A stretch of 64,000 nt of DNA from an uncultured virus (IMG/VR IMGVR_UViG_3300042356_002199). Taxonomy: Duplodnaviria > Heunggongvirae > Uroviricota > Caudoviricetes. The notes beneath the pieces were generated by a model. The model was not told the origin of the DNA. It did not search any database and was given only the letters and a program-made list of their open reading frames with translations. Position 1 is the stretch's first letter. Every line of letters begins with the position of its first letter. Of the stretch, positions 1-8,985 are shown one piece after another. The DNA is taken from IMG/VR virus record IMGVR_UViG_3300042356_002199; one strand, given 5' to 3'. Both the position numbers and the translations under genes were made by a program.

Positions 1-60
1 AGCCATAAATCAAAATTTAGAGCCCCTCTTTTTTTGTTTAAATTTATCCAATATCCTGGG

Positions 61-90
61 TTGCAATAGGCCGGCGCCCTGTTGTATCCT
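61..90 (+). promoter_or_regulatory. Putative sigma70-type promoter (TTGCAA-18-TATCCT), leaderless start
   Basis: -35 at 61-66 and -10 at 85-90; ATG at 97 lies 6 nt after the -10. Confidence 0.45.
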
Positions 91-96
91 CGCCTC

Positions 97-354
97 ATGA
101 GCACAATCTATGGTTATGACGAATTCTGCATCTTTGCACGCCAGGAATATGACTATCTGAAGGCCGTCGACCCATCGGTTCTCTTTGGGCAGGTGTATTT
201 CAACTGTTTATGGGAGTTTCGACCCAACATCGCCAACAAGATTCGCGCTACCAAGTATGACCCTTTTCACAAGGAGGAGGTTCATCCTTCCATTCACGTC
301 CATGTCAAGGATTTGTGGGATGAGATGAATATGCAAGTTCTTTCAGGGGACTAG
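97..354 (+). CDS. Hypothetical protein
   Basis: ORF 82..354; ATG at 97 preferred because it follows the putative -10. Confidence 0.6.
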   Translation: MSTIYGYDEFCIFARQEYDYLKAVDPSVLFGQVYFNCLWEFRPNIANKIRATKYDPFHKEEVHPSIHVHVKDLWDEMNMQVLSGD

Positions 355-394
355 TAGTGGTTTTGGGGTCTCGAGACCATATATATTTGTTGAC

Positions 395-634
395 ATGACT
401 ACGATAATTGTTTCATCCGTCATTGTGCTGTTTCTGTGGGTGTTCACCATAGCCACCGAGAGGGTGCTGGATGATAAAAGATGTGCTCGCTGCGGTACAT
501 GGGATAGGGCACGCTCTATGGTCAAATTAGACCCCTCTCCGGGCAAATCCGGCAAGAAGAGTGATGAGAAGTTCTGGCATACAGACTGTTTCCTCCTCAG
601 CCATCCTGGCGTCGACCCCCCTTCCCCAAAATAG
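395..634 (+). CDS. Small membrane-anchored protein with CxxC and HxxC motifs
   Basis: N-terminal hydrophobic helix, CARC, WHTDC. Confidence 0.5.
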   Translation: MTTIIVSSVIVLFLWVFTIATERVLDDKRCARCGTWDRARSMVKLDPSPGKSGKKSDEKFWHTDCFLLSHPGVDPPSPK

Positions 635-974
635 GGGAACAATTCACATCCCAATTGGGTATCCGTCTGGCTATTCCGACTCCCTTCCGTGGAGGAATAA
701 AAGGCCGGCGCTTATTTTTCTGACTCATATTTAGGGGGACCCCTATAAATTTGAGAGGCATTGAGCACTGTCGGATAAATTTATCCAGAATATGTAGGTC
801 CCTAAAAAAAAAACGCGATTTGCTGTCGCTTTTGTGTTTAATGGAGTTATCCCCGGGGGCGGGTTGCCTTCGGCCGGTCCGTGCACTAGGATGTGTAAAT
901 GGTATAATTAACTACCACCAAATAAGAGCCCACTATTAACAGGGCCGTCCGTATTCCCCAAACACAGGAGATAA

Positions 975-1514
975 ATGAAATATCCGCTGAAACTTCTATT
1001 TTCCATACCCGCCATACTTCTAGCTGTTGCAGTTGGAGTGAATGCTCAAGGAAGAGAGGAAGAAAGCGTGAGCCTTACAACGACAATTGTCGCCCCTGCC
1101 GTTACAATAACGACACCGCCGATAACTGTTGTTCCAGTTGTTACAACAACTGTGGTGACGCTTCCTGAAGGCTTCTCTCTGCCGACGCTTCCTCCCGAGG
1201 TTCCGTGTCAAGAATGGGCTCAAACGGCACTCGATGCTGGATGGCCTTGGCACCTACTCCCCGAACTTCTACGTGAAGTCTGGTCCGAGTCTCGTTGTCA
1301 AAATGTGATTGAGGGTCACCCACAATGGAATGGGCATGACCGAGGACCGCTTCAAATCAACCAAGTTTGGCTTGATGACATTGAAGCAAAGTATGGTGAC
1401 TGGCGTGTAGTCAATGACCCTCGTTACAACTTTGCTTGGGCATGGGAAATGTACAGATGGCATGAGGACCACGGCTACTGTGGCTTCAAGCCATGGTCGC
1501 GTCCGTGTAAGTGA
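975..1514 (+). CDS. Secreted lytic transglycosylase-like (SLT/lysozyme-fold) protein
   Basis: SD AGGAG; signal peptide; Thr/Pro-rich linker; ESRC...GPLQIN..W motifs. Confidence 0.75.
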   Translation: MKYPLKLLFSIPAILLAVAVGVNAQGREEESVSLTTTIVAPAVTITTPPITVVPVVTTTVVTLPEGFSLPTLPPEVPCQEWAQTALDAGWPWHLLPELLREVWSESRCQNVIEGHPQWNGHDRGPLQINQVWLDDIEAKYGDWRVVNDPRYNFAWAWEMYRWHEDHGYCGFKPWSRPCK

Positions 1515-1525
1515 GAGGAAACAAA

Positions 1526-2038
1526 ATGAAACTATTAAAAAGATGGTTAATTGGCATCGTTCTCGTATCCCTAGTTGTGACCGTGGCTACCTGCGGTACT
1601 GGCGAGGATAAGGCGAAAGCAGCACAAACGGTCAGTACAACAACCCCTGTTGATTTATCTGGAGTCAATTGGACCGAACTAGCTCGTTTTATGTACGGGC
1701 GGTGCGGTGAATACCACGACTTGGCTATTTCGGTTGGCTGGACTGAGGCGCATTGGAAGAAGTTGAGTTTCGTGATGTACCGTGAATCACGTTGCAACAC
1801 GATGTCATTCAATAAGACCGACCCAAATGGCGGAAGTCGTGGGCTCATTCAAATCAACGGCTACTGGTGCAAAAAGAACAAGTACAACCCAACTGGCTGG
1901 CTTCAGGCAAAGGGAATCCTCAATACTTGTGAAGACCTATTTATTCCTGAAGTCAATCTACGTGCAGGATTGGCCATGTGGAATTACAGCCAAGAACGCA
2001 ACAAGTGTGGCTGGAGGCCTTGGGCAACCAGGTGCTAA
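1526..2038 (+). CDS. Second lytic transglycosylase-like protein (paralog of 975..1514)
   Basis: SD GAGGA before ATG 1526; signal peptide; RESRC...GLIQIN..W; C-terminal CGWRPW resembles CGFKPW of the paralog. Confidence 0.75.
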   Translation: MKLLKRWLIGIVLVSLVVTVATCGTGEDKAKAAQTVSTTTPVDLSGVNWTELARFMYGRCGEYHDLAISVGWTEAHWKKLSFVMYRESRCNTMSFNKTDPNGGSRGLIQINGYWCKKNKYNPTGWLQAKGILNTCEDLFIPEVNLRAGLAMWNYSQERNKCGWRPWATRC

Positions 2039-2220
2039 TTGTACATTTTCTCATGTGGGTGATTTAGTGCCACGACAATAAGTTGCGCATATTGCCTATC
2101 GACGGTGCCTATTTCTTCCCAGACGTCAATTTCATGAGTGGAGCACAATAGCGTGCAAATAGATGGATTATCGGCGTTATAGGAGTAGGCGTAAATACGA
2201 CCTTCATCCAATTTCGTCAT
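2035..2220 (-). CDS. Hypothetical protein
   Basis: Part of ORF 2035..2349; ATG at 2220 overlaps the end of the upstream gene. Confidence 0.4.
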   Translation of the reverse strand: MTKLDEGRIYAYSYNADNPSICTLLCSTHEIDVWEEIGTVDRQYAQLIVVALNHPHEKMYN

Positions 2221-2437
2221 CTCCAAAAATATTTGCGGATTCCTCGTTGAGCATACGGAGGGTCTCTTCTTTGAGTGAAGAGTTCGACATCCGACTTGAT
2301 ACTTCATGGCCTTTTGACGTAGCGCCCCAAAGCCATTCGCCGTCGGCATTCATACCCACGACCTCTATTAGGCCTAGTCTTCTCAAATATTCCATGTCGT
2401 TAATGATTTGATTGTCGGTATATTCTTCGTCCATCAT
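2204..2437 (-). CDS. Hypothetical protein (possible small winged-helix)
   Basis: ORF; TAAAAT 6 nt upstream of ATG; MEYLRRLGLIEV...ATSKG pattern. Confidence 0.55.
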   Translation of the reverse strand: MMDEEYTDNQIINDMEYLRRLGLIEVVGMNADGEWLWGATSKGHEVSSRMSNSSLKEETLRMLNEESANIFGDDEIG

Positions 2438-2508
2438 GTGGGCATTTTACCTAGACCAAATCACGATGTCAACGCGAACTTCTTCTTAAATCCGAGACTT
2501 AATTCTTC

Positions 2509-2826
2509 TTAGGCGTGATTGCAGCATGGGCTCGAGGAACCCGAGTTGCTGTGATGACAATTCTGCCCAATGGTCTGGGCAAGTAAAGGAAATGTCTCGA
2601 GGAACTTCACAACACAATCGTGGCAGAGAATCCATTCCCTGGAACGCATATACCCAGAGAGTACGTCAGTGTTGTCGTCGAATCCCCCGTAGTAGCCGAA
2701 CGTATCAAACGGCAGCACCCAACCCAGGTCAGGGTATGACCGTTGTTGCGTGCATGGCAGCAAAGAAAGACATGCTGAACATTGAGCGGTTTTCGGCCCT
2801 TCGGGGAATAAGGAAGCCTGGGTCAT
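2509..2826 (-). CDS. Cys-rich hypothetical protein
   Basis: CSAC and CHDC motifs; start overlaps the upstream stop. Confidence 0.55.
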   Translation of the reverse strand: MTQASLFPEGPKTAQCSACLSLLPCTQQRSYPDLGWVLPFDTFGYYGGFDDNTDVLSGYMRSREWILCHDCVVKFLETFPLLAQTIGQNCHHSNSGSSSPCCNHA

Positions 2827-3095
2827 CAGACTTCCGAATCTGTGTCGTCTGTACCTTTGCGTGAGTTGGAAATCATCAAGCCGGCGAGAGTTCCCGTAAT
2901 GAAAGTTGCAACGCTTGAAAGAACGCTGAAAAACATCTTGTCGTTCTCGGCTTGAACACCGATGGGCTGGGTGACGAACACGAGCGCATACAGGATTGCA
3001 CCTGTCGTAATAAGAAGAACTCCGCCAAGGACGCAGCCAATAACAAATTTCAGGCGAGCATCCAGCTCATCTGACGAATAGCGTTTCTTTCTCAT
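2826..3095 (-). CDS. Two-TM membrane protein (holin-like candidate)
   Basis: Two hydrophobic helices; ATGA overlap with the upstream lipoprotein gene; downstream of the endolysin. Confidence 0.55.
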   Translation of the reverse strand: MRKKRYSSDELDARLKFVIGCVLGGVLLITTGAILYALVFVTQPIGVQAENDKMFFSVLSSVATFITGTLAGLMISNSRKGTDDTDSEV

Positions 3096-3283
3096 GGTTG
3101 ACTTCCTTTTCCGACAAGCGTGTACCAACAATGTCCATTTACTTCGCAAATAGGTGGGTTGCATTCCATGTTCTCCCAGTTTGCAGGGTCTTGACATGCA
3201 TATCTATATGAACCATCCCCGCAAGAAGCCAGGAATGGGGCAAGAATTAAAGATAAGCCAATTGCTAATCTATGAATTTTCAT
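3092..3283 (-). CDS. Small Cys-rich lipoprotein
   Basis: Signal peptide with lipobox LASC; four further Cys. Confidence 0.6.
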   Translation of the reverse strand: MKIHRLAIGLSLILAPFLASCGDGSYRYACQDPANWENMECNPPICEVNGHCWYTLVGKGSQP

Positions 3284-3304
3284 GGCACCTCTTCTTTCGG
3301 GCCG

Positions 3305-4123
3305 TCAGCCGAACATTTTCTTCCAAGTGACGGGTCCAATGACGCCGTCTGCGGTGAGACCATTAGCCTTTTGCCAGACCTTGACCTGAGCCTCGGTACC
3401 GGCACCAAAGTCGCCATCAACGGGGTTGGCCTTAACCATTGCTTGAACAAGTTTTACTGCGTCTCCCTTGGAGCCCTTTTTGACAGGGGCGCCCGGGTAG
3501 CCAAACGTCAAACCCCCACCGCCACCGGCAGGTGCAGCAGCAGCGGCGGCAGGAGCAGGTGCGGCAGCGGCGGAACCATCGGGAGAAGCGTCACCGAGGG
3601 CGTATTGCCAGTGCCATAGTTCAAATTCTTTAGAGGCAGGATTGTCGCCTTGGAGGTAGAAGCCCCACTTTGGTGCATTTGCGCACATCCAGTCGCCACA
3701 GGCGCCACCCATTGAGGTGAGTTTGCCATTGACATCATACCCAAGGTCAATCGCGAGGCCCCAACCATGATTCGAGCCCTTAAGACCAGTAGGGTCCGGT
3801 GCTGCCGAAGGGGCCTTGCCCTTCTTGAGGTACCAAGTCTTGCCTTCGTACTGACGGGTGACGCCAGTGCCAGTATCGGTGGTCACGTAGCGGTCCATAA
3901 ACATGCTCAGCTGACCTTCGAATGAACGATAGTCGCCAACATTCTTAAGCTTGAAACCAGCAGCGAGGGCAGCGTCGTACATCTTGTTAAATTGTTCCGC
4001 AACCGGGGCGTACATTTGTCCGCCAGTTTTGACTTTTGCCAAAACATTTGCTGGCAACTGGCCATTCTTGAACTGCTTAAGTGGTGTTGGTACTACGAGT
4101 TTAATGAAAGGATACTTGGACAT
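3305..4123 (-). CDS. Endolysin: peptidase M15 (VanY-like) domain plus C-terminal peptidoglycan-binding domain
   Basis: YRSF, SNHGWGLAID, ELWHWQY motifs; Ala-rich linker; DGDFG...QKANGLTADGVIGPVTW; SD AGGAG before ATG 4123. Confidence 0.85.
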   Translation of the reverse strand: MSKYPFIKLVVPTPLKQFKNGQLPANVLAKVKTGGQMYAPVAEQFNKMYDAALAAGFKLKNVGDYRSFEGQLSMFMDRYVTTDTGTGVTRQYEGKTWYLKKGKAPSAAPDPTGLKGSNHGWGLAIDLGYDVNGKLTSMGGACGDWMCANAPKWGFYLQGDNPASKEFELWHWQYALGDASPDGSAAAAPAPAAAAAAPAGGGGGLTFGYPGAPVKKGSKGDAVKLVQAMVKANPVDGDFGAGTEAQVKVWQKANGLTADGVIGPVTWKKMFG

Positions 4124-4208
4124 GCGGGGGTCTCCTGGTTGATTATTCGACAAGTACCATTATACATCCACGGCATCTCTTTGAAAAGAAGGCGCCCCCA
4201 CAGTTAAC

Positions 4209-6125
4209 TTAGTTTAACTTTTCAAATAATCTCATAATCATCTGCACGGTGCTGTTTTCATCGGATACTTCGCCACCTTCTATGGCGGCGTCAACGACAG
4301 CCCGTTTCTTTTCTATTAAATCATAAATGTCTTCATCTATCGTTCCTGCCGCAAGCATATATGTTGAAGTGACGCTTCCTTTCTGACCAATACGATGCAA
4401 GCGACTGTATGTCTGGTCAAGGTCTGCTGGCGTCCATGGCAGTTCGACAAAAAGGCATTCTTCAGCTGCCGTTAATGTGTGTCCGGTTTTTGCTGCCTGT
4501 ATAGAAAGAACTATTACAGGCGCACTGTCAATACTCTCCGTCTGAAAACGACGTTTATTTTCCTCTACTTCTTCTACTGACATACCACCCTGGATTCGAA
4601 TATTTCCGAACTTGCGAGCGAGCTCATCAACGACCTCACGGTGGTGAGCAGCAACTACGACTTTCTTGCCATTCTCAATGCGTCCATTAATCCATTCCGC
4701 CGCAACTTCCATTTTTGCTTTAGCGGCTAGTCTACGAAGAACAGACAACCGCACTAGGTGTTCATTGGCTTCAGCTCTAATCATTGCGGCGATAGCTGCG
4801 CCATAAGACGGCTTCCCTTGCTCTAGGGCAAGTTGTCGAGCCCGTTCTGCGATGTACAACAAAATGTCTTTTTCTGCCTTGATGTATTCTTTCATCGCTG
4901 CAGGGTTACCTTCGACGAGAACCTTACTGTGCACTACCGGTGGTAAATCTGAAAGAACTTGGTCTTTCGTGCGGCGTATGTAACAGGTGCCTCGGAGTCT
5001 TTCATTAAGCTCATCGAGATGGGAGTTCCCACTGATGTTCCATTGTCCAAAATTGTCTTGGAATGCTCCGCAGTAACGGCGATAGAAGCCCCACAGTCCC
5101 CCAAAGTCTTTAAGGCGACCGAGAATGTCTAGCTGTGACGCATATTCGTTAGGTCGATTTGTTACTGGTGTCCCGGTGAGACAAAGAACAATCCCATCTT
5201 TGTGTGCGGACTTTGCTATTTTTACAGCAGCCTTTGTTCTCTGGGCTGTTGGCGTTTTTGCATAGTGGCTCTCGTCAAAAATATAAGAGCGATGGCCGGT
5301 TAGGCGCTTTTCCCAGTGAGCAATGTTGCTGTAACCAATAACGACAACGTCATAAGAACCTTTTTCGGGGAAATCTTTGCGATTTATTACCGGCGCAATC
5401 TTTCGATTAGGTAGCCATCGATTCCATTCAGCAACCCAATTTAAAACAAGGCTTGGTGGACATACAACAACTGCAGGATACGAATCCCATACGTATTCTA
5501 ATGTTGCAATCGATTGTAAAGTTTTTCCCAGTCCCATATCATCGGCGATAAATGTTCGACGTGCATTTGCTGCATACGCAACGCCGGCATGCTGATACGG
5601 AAGTAAATCCCCCTGAAGATTTGGAATTTCTACTTTTGCATCAGTAGAGCGTGAAGCCTCGATGAACTGATTCATACGAGCGGTAACCTCACTCGACATC
5701 GCCGACACATCTGGCTGGACGACGACGTCAAACTTTTCGGCCCATTCCATGACGTTGATTACTGATGAATTTGGAGCCTCCCAATAATGCTTATCTGCAT
5801 TCCATGAAACTGCAGGAATCTGCTTGACGGCCTTAATGATGACGCGCTCATATGGTACGCGAATAGCAATCGCGTCATTCTCTAGGGAGACCCTGGCGCT
5901 TCCTGTGCGTGGCTTCGGTGCACTAAATGTAAGGACGTCGATTGTTACTTCGAAGTCATGATTGATGGCGAAATCGCGTGCTTCAGCAAGAGACGTTATT
6001 GGAACTCGCCATAGCTTGGAGTGCTTGTCCCATCGTGCTCCGCGAATCTGCTTGAGCTCGGACACCTGTTGGGCATCATAGGGAAAATCGAGCACTATCT
6101 CGTTTTTGTCTAAATATAACTTCAT
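4209..6125 (-). CDS. SNF2-family helicase with two N-terminal HARP-like repeats
   Basis: ADDMGLGKT, DESH, LTGTP, QTYSRLHRIGQ motifs; ATG 6125 follows a putative -10 TACTCT. Confidence 0.9.
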   Translation of the reverse strand: MKLYLDKNEIVLDFPYDAQQVSELKQIRGARWDKHSKLWRVPITSLAEARDFAINHDFEVTIDVLTFSAPKPRTGSARVSLENDAIAIRVPYERVIIKAVKQIPAVSWNADKHYWEAPNSSVINVMEWAEKFDVVVQPDVSAMSSEVTARMNQFIEASRSTDAKVEIPNLQGDLLPYQHAGVAYAANARRTFIADDMGLGKTLQSIATLEYVWDSYPAVVVCPPSLVLNWVAEWNRWLPNRKIAPVINRKDFPEKGSYDVVVIGYSNIAHWEKRLTGHRSYIFDESHYAKTPTAQRTKAAVKIAKSAHKDGIVLCLTGTPVTNRPNEYASQLDILGRLKDFGGLWGFYRRYCGAFQDNFGQWNISGNSHLDELNERLRGTCYIRRTKDQVLSDLPPVVHSKVLVEGNPAAMKEYIKAEKDILLYIAERARQLALEQGKPSYGAAIAAMIRAEANEHLVRLSVLRRLAAKAKMEVAAEWINGRIENGKKVVVAAHHREVVDELARKFGNIRIQGGMSVEEVEENKRRFQTESIDSAPVIVLSIQAAKTGHTLTAAEECLFVELPWTPADLDQTYSRLHRIGQKGSVTSTYMLAAGTIDEDIYDLIEKKRAVVDAAIEGGEVSDENSTVQMIMRLFEKLN

Positions 6126-6141
6126 TGAATACAGAGTAGTG

Positions 6142-6206
6142 TAAATCGGCGAGACTCGCACAGGGATATGTCGAAAGGAGAGATTTTGGCGAGCCTCACC
6201 GATTTA
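6142..6206 (-). repeat. 18-bp imperfect inverted repeat (hairpin)
   Basis: 6142-6159 pairs with 6189-6206; both mismatches become G-U pairs on the minus strand. Confidence 0.7.
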
Positions 6207-6312
6207 AAAAAATACTAGTACATGGGATTGCATATTTCTGAATAGTCTAGGTATTATTACTAGACACTTAAAGAAGGGTAAATATGAAAAATTTTGCAAA
6301 GGGCTGGGAATA

Positions 6313-6402
6313 ATGAACTGGACGACGATTCCTGTACTCGCCCTACTGGGTGTGGTTTATGTAATTTTGAAGAAGTCAAAAAGATTTGAGGAAAAAGATT
6401 GA
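6313..6402 (+). CDS. Small single-TM protein (29 aa)
   Basis: Manual translation MNWTTIPVLALLGVVYVILKKSKRFEEKD; stop overlaps the TTG start at 6399. Confidence 0.4.
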   Translation: MNWTTIPVLALLGVVYVILKKSKRFEEKD

Positions 6403-6596
6403 ATCTCCCATCGATGTTTACTTGCAAGGGTTGCGGGCTGTCACTTCGTCCTGGCGACAATACAGTAGAGCGTAAAGCTTCTGTTTGGCTAAAAGGAAAC
6501 GGCAAGACAGTAAATCGCGTAATTGAGGAAATGTACGAGTACAAACATGTGTTTTGCAGTGAGGTTAAAATTCCCGAAAATCATTCACTTTTTTAA
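6399..6596 (+). CDS. Small zinc-finger-like protein
   Basis: CKGC and HVFC motifs. Confidence 0.5.
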   Translation: MNLPSMFTCKGCGLSLRPGDNTVERKASVWLKGNGKTVNRVIEEMYEYKHVFCSEVKIPENHSLF

Positions 6597-6658
6597 CAAT
6601 TTCAGATTTATTGGCCGTAGCTAATCTAAGGTCGTTGAAATTGTGAGAAAATTGATTC

Positions 6659-6790
6659 ATGCTTCGTAAAAAGAAACCAGAAGAAAAACCCTCAGATGAA
6701 AAGAACCCCAACAGGGGCGCTGTTCCCGTATCTGAGATAGAGGGTCGCCACAGTATACGTAAGGGTCCAAGCCGGCGGTGCTGCCCCTAA
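6659..6790 (+). CDS. Small basic hypothetical protein (43 aa)
   Basis: Manual translation MLRKKKPEEK...RRCCP; fills an intergenic gap. Confidence 0.3.
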   Translation: MLRKKKPEEKPSDEKNPNRGAVPVSEIEGRHSIRKGPSRRCCP

Positions 6791-7059
6791 AACGGGGAGT
6801 CGTTTACGATGATTGGGGTCCTTTCCCCTACCCATGCGCCGAGGCAGTTATAACTGATGTATTCGGCAGCTTCGTCGTAGTCCATGTCGTCTCGACGGAC
6901 AAGTACGCCAAGCATTTTTTCATAAGAGTAAACCGCCAGGACTGGTTCGTTCATTCTCTGGCTGTATCCAATAAAAGCTTCTTCAAATCCGTCCATCAGA
7001 AGAACTGATTCATCCATCTCTTCAAAAAGTTTAGAAATCTTCTCTCTTGTTGTCATCAT
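6787..7059 (-). CDS. Conserved phage hypothetical protein
   Basis: DGFEEAFIG...EAAEYISYNCLGAWVGERTP pattern typical of aquatic phage proteins. Confidence 0.7.
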   Translation of the reverse strand: MMTTREKISKLFEEMDESVLLMDGFEEAFIGYSQRMNEPVLAVYSYEKMLGVLVRRDDMDYDEAAEYISYNCLGAWVGERTPIIVNDSPF

Positions 7060-7235
7060 GTTTTCCTTTTCTTGATTTTGGACAATGCAATAGCCATCTT
7101 GTCAATAGGTAGAATTTTCACACGAGTTGCCGGAGTGGCTACCGAGGTAGCGGTTGATTCGCTCTTTATCGGCTTAACGGTAGTACGTGGGAGTTTGGTT
7201 TGTTTCGTAGCTGGTTTATTCTTTTTGTTTGCCAT
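7056..7235 (-). CDS. Small Lys-rich hypothetical protein
   Basis: ATG 7235 used because the longer ORF start lies inside the tRNA. Confidence 0.45.
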   Translation of the reverse strand: MANKKNKPATKQTKLPRTTVKPIKSESTATSVATPATRVKILPIDKMAIALSKIKKRKT

Positions 7236-7270
7236 ATCTGCGCTTTCTTTATGTTTCTTTTGTTTTTCAG

Positions 7271-7344
7271 TGGGCCCGGCAGGACTTGAACCCGCGGCCA
7301 AGGGATTATGAGTCCCCTGCTCTAACCATCTGAGCTACAGGCCC
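7271..7344 (-). tRNA. tRNA with CAU anticodon, probably tRNA-Ile2 (lysidine); Met not excluded
   Basis: Cloverleaf GGGCCTG..TAGCTCAGATGGTTAGAGC..GGGGA CTCATAA TCCCT..GTTCAAGTCC..CGGGCCC A; no encoded CCA. Confidence 0.9.
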
Positions 7345-7357
7345 TAGTTCGGAACTT

Positions 7358-7660
7358 CTATTGATTTGAGTTTGTGTTTACTAACATTCTTTTCGGAGGG
7401 ATTGGAAGCCCGCCGGCATTCATTCGTAGCCATGTTTTTTCGCTAACTATTTCGTATGTCCATGCGTCCTGAGTGTACCCTTGATTTCCGGGATGGGGCC
7501 GTCGGTCCACTAGTGATTGCAATATTGCTCTCTCTTTGGTTTCCTCTACCGTCACAAACCATCTTTTAGAGGGGTCAGATGTATGCCAAATAACATACAC
7601 AACATCAAGGTCCTTGCCCTCAACATGTATGGCTCCTAGTGTCCCCTTGTTGTTCGCCAT
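7358..7660 (-). CDS. Hypothetical protein
   Basis: ORF with SD AAGGA. Confidence 0.6.
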   Translation of the reverse strand: MANNKGTLGAIHVEGKDLDVVYVIWHTSDPSKRWFVTVEETKERAILQSLVDRRPHPGNQGYTQDAWTYEIVSEKTWLRMNAGGLPIPPKRMLVNTNSNQ

Positions 7661-7794
7661 GTATTTTATCCTTTGGGTTTTAATTTGTAAGGAATATTAT
7701 AAAATTTTAAATCAATTATGGTTTTCAATTTACAAATGAATTTGATATAAAGCGGGCACGCCTCGGTCACGATTTTCTACTTTCGCTAGCAGTT

Positions 7795-8217
7795 CTACGG
7801 AGTGAGCGGACGTAGAGCGATTGACTCAGCCTTAGCGAACTGGTCTTTGCACAAGTTCTCTCCACCAGACATAACTATAGAGTAATGAAGTTTTGCCTCA
7901 TCATTATCCGCCGAGCCTTCGTTAATGCGGCCAATCACATCGTCAGCAGTCATGCCCTCGTTCATCAACTGACACCACAACTCGCCTGTCTGTACGATTT
8001 CTTCGTCAGGCATTGTTGGCGTTGAGCCGTAAAAGAAATACACGTCATCCAAGAATGATGTTTGCTCTTGAGTGAATGGACTATCCGTGGACGGGATTGT
8101 GTCGAAGACTGGGACTCCAGTCGTTGGTAAGGGAGCAAGAGTAGTCGTCTCTCCATCGGAGATTCCTGCCGAACAACCGACGAGGAAAAGAAATGTTAGT
8201 GGTAGTAGGCGTTTCAT
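7795..8217 (-). CDS. Lipoprotein with DUF732-like domain
   Basis: Lipobox LVGC; Thr/Pro linker; FLDDV...G..WC..M..G...C pattern. Confidence 0.65.
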   Translation of the reverse strand: MKRLLPLTFLFLVGCSAGISDGETTTLAPLPTTGVPVFDTIPSTDSPFTQEQTSFLDDVYFFYGSTPTMPDEEIVQTGELWCQLMNEGMTADDVIGRINEGSADNDEAKLHYSIVMSGGENLCKDQFAKAESIALRPLTP

Positions 8218-8244
8218 ATCGTTGCTTTCTTTAGATAGGAGTTT

Positions 8245-8364
8245 TCACACAAAAAACATCAGTAACAGAAAAAGGATTATACACATTGCCCAAGAACATA
8301 CAACCAATGACCAGACCAAGATTGCGTCAAATTTATGAAGCAATTTGGTAAAAAAGTTCCTCAT
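8245..8364 (-). CDS. Small membrane protein (39 aa)
   Basis: Manual translation MRNFFTKLLHKFDAILVWSLVVCSWAMCIILFLLLMFFV; abuts the upstream stop. Confidence 0.4.
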   Translation of the reverse strand: MRNFFTKLLHKFDAILVWSLVVCSWAMCIILFLLLMFFV

Positions 8365-8787
8365 TTAGTTGTCAAACTTGTAGGCCTGTTCGGGACAGAA
8401 GTTCACAACCGCGGCTGCTGTAACATTGATAAGCAGTTCTTCTACTGCGGCATCACCTTCAGATGATGAGACAATTGCGTCAAGTGCATCATAGCCAGTC
8501 ATGCCACTGCGTAAACCATCACAAACCGCATATCCTGTGTCAATCAGGTCTTGGTCTTCAAGGTAGATGGGACCAGTGTTTTCGTTGTAGATGTCGTAGA
8601 TGAACTCCTCTTCGTCGCTCCACGCTACAGGTGGCTGAGTGGGTGCTGGGGTCGCAATCGGTGCGTCAGTTGTCTTGGTCACCTTGACTGTTGTGTCGGG
8701 TGCTTCGGTACTAGTGACATACACGGTCTTGCTTCCGCAACCTACGAGTACGAGTGTGCCGATAATGATTGGAATGAGTCGTTTCAT
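8365..8787 (-). CDS. Lipoprotein with DUF732-like domain (paralog of 7795..8217)
   Basis: SD AAGGA before ATG 8787; lipobox LVGC; GYAVCDGLRSG...AAVVNFCP. Confidence 0.7.
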   Translation of the reverse strand: MKRLIPIIIGTLVLVGCGSKTVYVTSTEAPDTTVKVTKTTDAPIATPAPTQPPVAWSDEEEFIYDIYNENTGPIYLEDQDLIDTGYAVCDGLRSGMTGYDALDAIVSSSEGDAAVEELLINVTAAAVVNFCPEQAYKFDN

Positions 8788-8985
8788 TTTGATTCCTTTT
8801 TCTTTGTTGTCGTGGGCATTACTTTTTACTTTCGCTTTCATCTAAATATGTGCGAACTGCTTCTCTAAGCATGGAGCCGATTGACAACTTCTTTTTATCT
8901 GAAGCGACCAAAAGTCTGTTATGCAACTCGCGTGAAATATGAAGAACCACTCGTTCAAAATCTTTATCGTTTGACATATTCACCT

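Noticed and set aside
43..790. TTATCCA as DnaA boxes or an origin
   Set aside because: Only partial matches to TTATCCACA and too few copies.
7236..7301. N-terminal extension of ORF 7056..7301
   Set aside because: Its start lies within the tRNA; ATG 7235 is more plausible.
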